Shown here in pieces: positions 57,848-64,000 of a stretch of 64,000 bases of DNA. Location of the stretch: IMG/VR virus record IMGVR_UViG_3300046048_000257, positions 1-64,000 of that record. One strand, given 5' to 3'. The notes beneath the pieces were generated by a model. The model ran no database searches and was not told where the DNA came from. It worked only from the letters and a program-made list of their open reading frames with translations. The stretch is from a virus. Both the position numbers and the translations under genes were made by a program. Numbering within the stretch: position 1 is the first letter of the stretch; every line of letters begins with the position of its first letter.

Positions 57848-59054
57848 TGGATTTTGTGGCTGGCCCACTGCGCTGCACCTGAGTGCAGCCGGATATGATG
57901 TAACTGTGGTGGATAACTTTAGCAGGCGCACCATAGATGTGGAGCTGGGCTGTGGGAGCTTAACCCCCATAACCACTATGGATAACCGGGTAAACCGGTG
58001 GCGTAAGCTAACTGGCAAAAAGCTATTTTTTAAGCGGGTGGATATAGCCCGTAATTATCATGGCCTGTATGATGTGTTAAAAAAGCTGGAGCCAGATGCA
58101 GTGGTACATTTTGCAGAGCAGCGGGCAGCTCCGTACTCCATGAAAAACGCAGCGCATAAACTTTACACGGTGCGTAATAATATCATGGCCACCCATAACC
58201 TGCTGTGCGCTCTGGTGGACCTCCGGCTGGATACGCACGTGGTGCATTTAGGCACCACAGGAGTGTATGGATACAGCGGTGACTCAGATTTTAAAATACC
58301 GGAGGGGTATATAGATGCTGAGCTGCGCAGCGGTGAGCACACTTTAGTTAAGCAGATAATGTACCCGCCAGACCCCGGCAGCGTTTATCACATGACCAAG
58401 GTAATGGATGGCATGCTGTTTTATTACTATAATAAAAATGACCGCATGCGAATAACAGACCTGCACCAAGGTGTGGTTTGGGGCACTGAAACAGAGGATA
58501 CAGCCCTGCACCCGGAGCTGGTTAACCGCTATGACTATGATGGTGATTATGGCACGGTGCTTAACCGCTTTATCATGCAGGGCGCCACAGGCCACCCGCT
58601 TACAGTGTACGGTACCGGTGAGCAGGTCCGGGCATTTATCCATATACAGAATACCGTGCAGTGTGTGCGGATGGCCATAGAGGCGCCGCCTGAGCGCTCA
58701 CGTGTGCATGTTTTTAATCAGACCACGGAGCAGCTTAGGCTTATGGACTTAGCGCAGCGTATAGCGCAAATAACAGGCGCTGAAATACGTTTTTATGCTA
58801 ACCCACGGGTGGAGGCGGTAAGTAATGCGCTGCGGCTGGATAATGCCCAGTTTTTGGATTTAGGGCTGGAGCCCATAACTTTGAGTGATGACCAGATACT
58901 TAAAGCGCTGGAGGTGGTGCACCGGCATAAGGACCGGGTTAACTTTAAGCACATTATATGCACCAGCACATGGCGCCATGATATTGAGGTGGACCATAAA
59001 GGAGTAGCCGGTGAGTTTCAACAGCAGGCAGCTGGTAAAGCTGCTAACGGATAG
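57819..59054 (+). CDS. sqdB: UDP-sulfoquinovose synthase
   Basis: GGDGFCGWPTAL, VDNFSRR, SLTPI, HFAEQRAAPYSM, PGSVYHMTK, TDLHQGVVWG, YDYDGDYGTVLNRF, all characteristic of SqdB/SQD1/Agl3. Confidence 0.92.
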   Translation: MARIIVLGGDGFCGWPTALHLSAAGYDVTVVDNFSRRTIDVELGCGSLTPITTMDNRVNRWRKLTGKKLFFKRVDIARNYHGLYDVLKKLEPDAVVHFAEQRAAPYSMKNAAHKLYTVRNNIMATHNLLCALVDLRLDTHVVHLGTTGVYGYSGDSDFKIPEGYIDAELRSGEHTLVKQIMYPPDPGSVYHMTKVMDGMLFYYYNKNDRMRITDLHQGVVWGTETEDTALHPELVNRYDYDGDYGTVLNRFIMQGATGHPLTVYGTGEQVRAFIHIQNTVQCVRMAIEAPPERSRVHVFNQTTEQLRLMDLAQRIAQITGAEIRFYANPRVEAVSNALRLDNAQFLDLGLEPITLSDDQILKALEVVHRHKDRVNFKHIICTSTWRHDIEVDHKGVAGEFQQQAAGKAANG

Positions 59055-59565
59055 ACCCCATGAGGTAGGAGCAGAGGTGGGTGTATTTAGAGGTGATACC
59101 TCTAAAGGCCTGCTGGAGGCTCTGCCCGGTTTGCGTAAATTGATATGTGTGGACCCGTGGACTGAGCTGGATGAGTTTAAGCGCCACTGCCCTAATAAAG
59201 CAGGGTATGTATATAATGCTAACTGGGCACACATACGGGACCGTTTTGTTAAGCATGTGATGGGGCCCTATGGTGAGCGGGTGCTGCCCCTCCAGATGCT
59301 AAGCACGCATGCAGCGGACCTGCTACCTAACAGTGGGCTGGACTTTGTTTTTATAGATGGTAACCATGGATACCCTTATGTACGTGAGGATATAATAGCG
59401 TGGTGGCCTAAAGTAAAGCCGGGTGGGCTCATAGCAGGTGATGACTATATTAATAAACCTACTTACGGAGTAATACAGGCGGTGCATGAGCTGTTTAATG
59501 GGGCGCATGGCAATAGGGGCCGCATATGGTTTGTGCGTAAGGATAACGTAACTTTAAACGTGTAA
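59011..59565 (+). CDS. class I SAM methyltransferase (Methyltransf_24-like)
   Basis: GAEVGVFRG, DFVFIDGNH.Y, VKPGGLIAGDDY. Confidence 0.85.
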   Translation: MSFNSRQLVKLLTDRPHEVGAEVGVFRGDTSKGLLEALPGLRKLICVDPWTELDEFKRHCPNKAGYVYNANWAHIRDRFVKHVMGPYGERVLPLQMLSTHAADLLPNSGLDFVFIDGNHGYPYVREDIIAWWPKVKPGGLIAGDDYINKPTYGVIQAVHELFNGAHGNRGRIWFVRKDNVTLNV

Positions 59566-59573
59566 AGGAGGCC

Positions 59574-60263
59574 ATGATGATAGTTTTAGTGGTAGGCATG
59601 CACAGGAGCGGTACCAGTGCGCTGGCTGGCATGCTACACAGTAATGGTATCATAATGGGCCGGGAGGGTAGCTGGTACCCGCCCCCTATGAAAGAAAACC
59701 CTAAGGGCTTTTATGAAAATAAGGAGTTTAGGGTGCTAAATGACCAGATACTGCGGGACCATGCGTATAGGGTGAAAAGTTTTGACCCGGTTGTGCCTAC
59801 TATAACGGTGGAGCGGGTAAGATATGAAACCCGGATGCAGATGCAGATACTGGTGGAGGAGTATGATAGAACGTATGCAGACTGGGGCTTTAAGGACCCC
59901 CGGACCTGCCTAACCCTGCCCATATGGCTGGGGGTGATAGGTGCGGCGGGTATTAACTCAGAGGATGTGCGGATACTATTAACGTGCAGGCCCACTGATG
60001 ATATAGTGGGCAGTATGCTGCGCCGTGGTAATAAGGAGCGGGAGGGTGGGCAGTTTAGGGATTTAGCCATAGCCTACCAAAAGGCGGCGCTGGAGGCCTG
60101 TAATGGCTGGGTAAAATACAAAACTGTGGATTATGCGGACCTGATGTATAGGACCAAGGCCACGGCGCTTATCATTAGTGAGTTTATAGGGCGCTCCATA
60201 GATGATACTGAGCACATAACCCCGGAGCTGGCCGATAGGGCCAAAAGGAGGAGCCATGGATAA
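59574..60263 (+). CDS. sulfotransferase-family protein
   Basis: VVGMHRSGTSAL, NPKGFYE, WGFKDPR. Confidence 0.8.
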   Translation: MMIVLVVGMHRSGTSALAGMLHSNGIIMGREGSWYPPPMKENPKGFYENKEFRVLNDQILRDHAYRVKSFDPVVPTITVERVRYETRMQMQILVEEYDRTYADWGFKDPRTCLTLPIWLGVIGAAGINSEDVRILLTCRPTDDIVGSMLRRGNKEREGGQFRDLAIAYQKAALEACNGWVKYKTVDYADLMYRTKATALIISEFIGRSIDDTEHITPELADRAKRRSHG

Positions 60264-60843
60264 AATAACCGTGGGCATACCTTATAAGCCGGGGCGCCAG
60301 CTGGCTGCTGCATATAATGAGTATATGCAGGCCGCTACCACAGAGTGGGTGCTTATGCTGGACCATGACCTGTTTAATTGTAACCCTCACTGGTATGATT
60401 GCTGTGTGAGCGCCATAGAGCAGGTGGGCGGGGATGCTGGCTGGATTACGTGCGTAACTAACCGCATAGGCAGCAACAGCCAAAAGGCCGCCCGGTTTAT
60501 GCCAGATGACCCTCCGCCACAGAGCCATGATGTTACTGAGCACATAGCGTATGCCCAAAAAATGCACCAGCAGTATAACGTGACCGATGGTAACGGCCTG
60601 CTGATTAAGACCACTGTAAAACGCATACCGGGGGCCCTGAGCGGGTTTTTTATTCTAACCAGTAAAACTGCATGGACCGCAGCCGGGGGCTTTGATGAAA
60701 ACCGTAAGCGCCTAATGGGTGTTGATAATGCGTACAGCCGTGATGTGAGTAAGGCCGGTTATAAACTTTACTGCATGCCGGGGCTTTACTTTTATCACAT
60801 TTACCGTGAAAAAAATCGTTTTTGGAAGGGCAGAGGCCATTAA
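60256..60843 (+). CDS. GT2-like glycosyltransferase
   Basis: AYN...EWVLMLDHD, SGFFIL...W...GGFDE, GVD, YH. Confidence 0.7.
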   Translation: MDKITVGIPYKPGRQLAAAYNEYMQAATTEWVLMLDHDLFNCNPHWYDCCVSAIEQVGGDAGWITCVTNRIGSNSQKAARFMPDDPPPQSHDVTEHIAYAQKMHQQYNVTDGNGLLIKTTVKRIPGALSGFFILTSKTAWTAAGGFDENRKRLMGVDNAYSRDVSKAGYKLYCMPGLYFYHIYREKNRFWKGRGH

Positions 60844-60869
60844 TAACATAACTTAACGGAGGTAAAAAA

Positions 60870-61340
60870 ATGATGAGCAGATTTAAAAAACACTGGATTA
60901 TGGCAGCCTTTATGGCCGTATTATTAACGGCCACGGTTGCATGGGCGCTGGAATGGCATACGGCTAATCAGGCCACGGTGGCATGGGATGCAGTGACCAC
61001 GGATGTATCTGGTAACCCTGTACCGGCTGCTGGTGAGCGTGTAACGTATGTGGTGTATCTGGCTAATGCAGCAACAGACCCCAATAAAACTAACCCTGCT
61101 GAGGTGGGCAGTACGCAAAACACCACGCTTACTTTTACGCTGGGCGCTAAGGGCTCATACTTTGTGGGCTTAAAGTCCGTGCTGGAGGCAGATGATGGTG
61201 CAGGTAACTGGACCAAGGCCAGTGAAAGTGAGGTAGCATGGAGTGATGACCCTCAGTATGCGCAGGGTGGAGTAACTTTTGGTATAAGGTACTACCCTGC
61301 CCCCAGTGCGCCGGGTGGCCTAAGGCCCGGTACAGAGTGA
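60870..61340 (+). CDS. secreted fibronectin type III-like protein
   Basis: Sec signal peptide ending AWA; TVAWD, YVVY, YFVG, SES, PSAPGGL. Confidence 0.65.
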   Translation: MMSRFKKHWIMAAFMAVLLTATVAWALEWHTANQATVAWDAVTTDVSGNPVPAAGERVTYVVYLANAATDPNKTNPAEVGSTQNTTLTFTLGAKGSYFVGLKSVLEADDGAGNWTKASESEVAWSDDPQYAQGGVTFGIRYYPAPSAPGGLRPGTE

Positions 61341-61359
61341 TGTACTTCAAATATTAGTC

Positions 61360-61422
61360 AAAATGGCCCCTCAGGCCGCCTGAGGGGCCGTATATGAGGA
61401 CTTTAACCCTTACCGGGTAGGG
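61360..61422 (+). repeat. dispersed intergenic element with 11-bp hairpin
   Basis: AAAAT-GGCCCCTCAGG-ccg-CCTGAGGGGCC-GTATATGAGGACTTTA...GGGTAGGG. Confidence 0.55.
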
Positions 61423-61430
61423 ATGGTACC

Positions 61431-61658
61431 ATGCCAGAGGATAATGGGCTTAAAAACATGATAAAGGACTTGACCCGCACGCTGGCGCCCTATGATGAGC
61501 GCAGCGCCATACTCATAGATGTGCGGGTATTCGACCACAGCGCCCCACAGGAGGAGCTGGCGCAGGAGTGGGAGGTGCTGCATGACCAGCCATATGGGCG
61601 TAATGAGCGCCACAGGCTGAAAATAGGGCGGATGCCCAAAGGAGTGCCCCATGGCTAA
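61431..61658 (+). CDS. hypothetical protein (paralog of 22109..22303)
   Basis: DVRVFD...PQ...W...D..G...RLKIG. Confidence 0.5.
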   Translation: MPEDNGLKNMIKDLTRTLAPYDERSAILIDVRVFDHSAPQEELAQEWEVLHDQPYGRNERHRLKIGRMPKGVPHG

Positions 61659-61860
61659 GGTGGATGTAACACGGACTGTGATGCTTAAGGCCAAGGCGGA
61701 TAAAGTGCCTTTTTGGGAGCTGGCACAGGAGCTGGGTATGAGCAGTGTGCACCTGAGCCAGTGCCTGAGGGGTGAGCGGGAGCTGGCGCCAGAACGCATA
61801 AACAAGCTGGAAAAAAAGCTAAGTATTAAGCTGCCTGATAAAATGAAAATAAAAGGATAA
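61651..61860 (+). CDS. XRE/Cro-type HTH regulator
   Basis: WELAQELGMSSVHLSQCLRGER. Confidence 0.75.
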   Translation: MAKVDVTRTVMLKAKADKVPFWELAQELGMSSVHLSQCLRGERELAPERINKLEKKLSIKLPDKMKIKG

Positions 61861-61864
61861 AAAG

Positions 61865-64000
61865 ATGGCCATAGCCACTCCATTAAATTGTACCACGTAT
61901 GCAAAAGACAGCACAGGTGAGGCGCTGCCCTCACAGGCTGCTGCTGCCAGTGATGAGATAATTTTTAGTAACCCTATGGGTACTAACAATAATGGCAACG
62001 TGGTGGGCCCACCTACTGATGGCACGGCCACTTATGTGGGCAGGCTGGTGCACTTAGATAAGGGCGGTGCTAAGGACCAAGTGCGGTATATAACAGCTCA
62101 AAGCGGGACTGGGCCTGTAACCTGCACAGTTAATGAGCCGTGGGATAGCCAGCCCGCCTCAGGTGATGCTTACGGTATTCCATATGTAACTACGGATATG
62201 GATAGCAAGGGCAACAGCTTTAAGGAACTGCTTAAGCGGGTAACTGACTGGGCCGCTGCTGCTGTAATTGAAGTAAGCAGCGGTGGAGGCTTTGCACTGC
62301 TGGATGGGCACAGTATTGAAACTGTGGATAATAGCAGTACCACTAATGCAGATATAGTGGTGTATAGCGGCGGCAGTTTATATGTGGGGTATTTATCAGG
62401 TGGTAAGCCCGTAAGTGGTGGGTATATTGTGCCCACACCGGCTGTGGATGGTGAGCTGGCTTTTGATATTAAAAGCGGCGGATATGGGTGGTTATATGAC
62501 TTTTTTATGAGTGCAGTTAAAAATAACCGCTCATATTTTGCGGGCACAGTTGTGATGCGCCGGGCCAAGCTATTTAAGTGCTCATATCAAATGAATTTAA
62601 CCGGCGCACTGGAAATTTACGATAGCATTATACAAGGGCTGGAGGGCGGCAGTGAGCAGGTAACTGTGGATGGCTCCACAGATATACAGTCACTGGTTTT
62701 AGTAGCCGTGAATGGCTTTGATACTGATAATGATAGCAGCCCGGATACCATTACGCTTAAAAATGTTAGCTTTGTTAACATGGCCAAGTTTATCACGGTC
62801 TATGATGAAAAATACTGGAAAATAGTAAACCCTGTGTGGACCATAGATGTGGATACGCAGGACCAGATAGACTTCGTGGTGAGTACACCTAATGGTGAGT
62901 ATGTGCAGGAGCTGTTTAGCTTTGATACCCTGATAACCACCCCAGCGGGCACGGCCATACAGACCGCCCGTGTGCTCATTTATGAGGGCCTGCTGGCTCA
63001 GGATGTGCCCCACTATGGCGCCACGGATAGCTTAGGTGAGTACAGTGTGGATATTTTAAAGCGGGAGTTTACTAACCCGGATGAGCAGACCACCACGACC
63101 ACTACCAGCGCAGGCGGGCCCGGTATTGTGCCCACAGTCCGGGGTGATTTTGCGCTGCATATTTATAAACATGGGTACACACCCTTTATCGGCGCCCTTG
63201 CAGTAAGTGAGGCCATAGACCAGCCCATAGGGCTCAGCGTGGATAATGCAGTGGCTGAAACTAACCAAGCCACGGCACTGGCTGCGGGCTCCGGCATTAC
63301 AATAGAAAAACATGGCACAGGTGAAACTGATACCCGCCCCATGAAAGTGCTTAACTATGATGGCGGTACGGGCTCTGTGCCCAGTGTAGGTGAAACGATT
63401 ACGCAGGCCACCTCCGGGGCCTCCGGTACCGTGGTGGAATATTTAGGGACCGCCACGGAGGGTACGCTTGTGCTGGATGGCTGGAACGGTACAGAGTTTG
63501 TAAATGACTTAGCCCTGAGCGGCGGAGTTTCCAGCTTTGCAGCATATGCGCACCTGAGTGGTACAGGCAGCTTTTATGATGAGTACACATGGGAAATTAA
63601 CTGCAACAGCCTGAGCCTCCAGACCGTTTATGATTATTTAGCAGCCTTTATGGCCAGCAGCCCGGCCACGTACAGCCAGATACTGGATATAGTGGCGTGG
63701 GGTGAGGATGAGCAGAGCCAGATGCTTTACAGCGGTACCTCTGGATATTATACAGCCCGTAATGTAAACCTCACAGAGGGTGTGTGGCTGCGTAACAGAG
63801 GCAGTGGGACTGTGGCATATTTTACAGCGGATGATGGCACCCAGTATTACCCGGCTGTGCAGTACACGCATAAGCTAACTGGCGTGAGGCCGGGCACAGA
63901 GGTGACTTACATGCAGGGCGCCTCTGAGGTATTCCATGTGGAAAACGTAACCGCCTCCGGTGAAACTAATTTTACTTATGTGTATGCGGGTGACATAACC
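61865..64000 (+). CDS. large beta-rich, probably virion protein, truncated by the window end (712 codons visible)
   Basis: Manual translation is open from MAIATPLNC... to the window end; absent from the ORF track because it has no stop; contains EQTTTTTTSAGG. Confidence 0.75.
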   Translation, partial: MAIATPLNCTTYAKDSTGEALPSQAAAASDEIIFSNPMGTNNNGNVVGPPTDGTATYVGRLVHLDKGGAKDQVRYITAQSGTGPVTCTVNEPWDSQPASGDAYGIPYVTTDMDSKGNSFKELLKRVTDWAAAAVIEVSSGGGFALLDGHSIETVDNSSTTNADIVVYSGGSLYVGYLSGGKPVSGGYIVPTPAVDGELAFDIKSGGYGWLYDFFMSAVKNNRSYFAGTVVMRRAKLFKCSYQMNLTGALEIYDSIIQGLEGGSEQVTVDGSTDIQSLVLVAVNGFDTDNDSSPDTITLKNVSFVNMAKFITVYDEKYWKIVNPVWTIDVDTQDQIDFVVSTPNGEYVQELFSFDTLITTPAGTAIQTARVLIYEGLLAQDVPHYGATDSLGEYSVDILKREFTNPDEQTTTTTTSAGGPGIVPTVRGDFALHIYKHGYTPFIGALAVSEAIDQPIGLSVDNAVAETNQATALAAGSGITIEKHGTGETDTRPMKVLNYDGGTGSVPSVGETITQATSGASGTVVEYLGTATEGTLVLDGWNGTEFVNDLALSGGVSSFAAYAHLSGTGSFYDEYTWEINCNSLSLQTVYDYLAAFMASSPATYSQILDIVAWGEDEQSQMLYSGTSGYYTARNVNLTEGVWLRNRGSGTVAYFTADDGTQYYPAVQYTHKLTGVRPGTEVTYMQGASEVFHVENVTASGETNFTYVYAGDIT

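Noticed and set aside
55608-60843. Glycosyltransferase cluster as a DNA hypermodification system
   Set aside because: Not excluded but disfavoured: no base hydroxymethylase or nucleotide kinase is visible in the window, the cluster lies among virion genes, and strong motif avoidance suggests the DNA is not shielded
209-63871. Minus-strand and nested ORFs in the track (e.g. 37170..37997, 43146..43901, 26404..27018)
   Set aside because: They are antisense shadows of well-supported plus-strand genes, with no recognisable motifs
1-64000. Genome-wide TGA reassignment (alternative genetic code)
   Set aside because: polA, recA and terL end at TGA at their expected C-termini and long genes are intact in code 11; only one suspicious in-frame TGA was seen
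1-64000. Integrated prophage with host flanks
   Set aside because: No integrase, att site or host housekeeping genes in the window; lifestyle cannot be determined from this segment

Overview
This window is a 64-kb segment of a tailed dsDNA phage genome, probably a siphovirus, with essentially all real genes on the + strand and strong AGGAGG ribosome-binding sites. Bases 1-23000 are a replication/recombination arm: SF2 helicase end, primase, initiator-like protein, DnaB, a UDG-PolA fusion, UvsY-like protein, SSB, RecA, 5'-3' exonuclease, resolvase, and a split SbcC with SbcD. Bases 23000-55500 are the morphogenesis arm: TerS, TerL, portal, MuF-peptidase fusion, scaffold, capsid, neck, tail tube, frameshifted chaperone, tape measure, hub and fibres. 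Bases 55600-60850 are a glycan-synthesis operon with 3 glycosyltransferases, UDP-sulfoquinovose synthase, a methyltransferase and a sulfotransferase; further glycan enzymes (RmlB, a sulfotransferase, a methyltransferase) sit among the head genes. The main candidate novelty is that 12 mucin-like Thr/Ser tracts are found on 8 late-region, probably virion, proteins, suggesting a phage-encoded virion O-glycosylation system making a sulfonated/sulfated, methylated glycan coat. Other candidates are a small ORF with an in-frame UGA plus a SECIS-like hairpin (possible phage selenoprotein), a tRNA-Gly-like element, a switch-like RNA leader, dispersed intergenic repeats, and strong TC/CGA/GATC avoidance. 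All calls come from motif recognition by eye; no database searches or computations were run.
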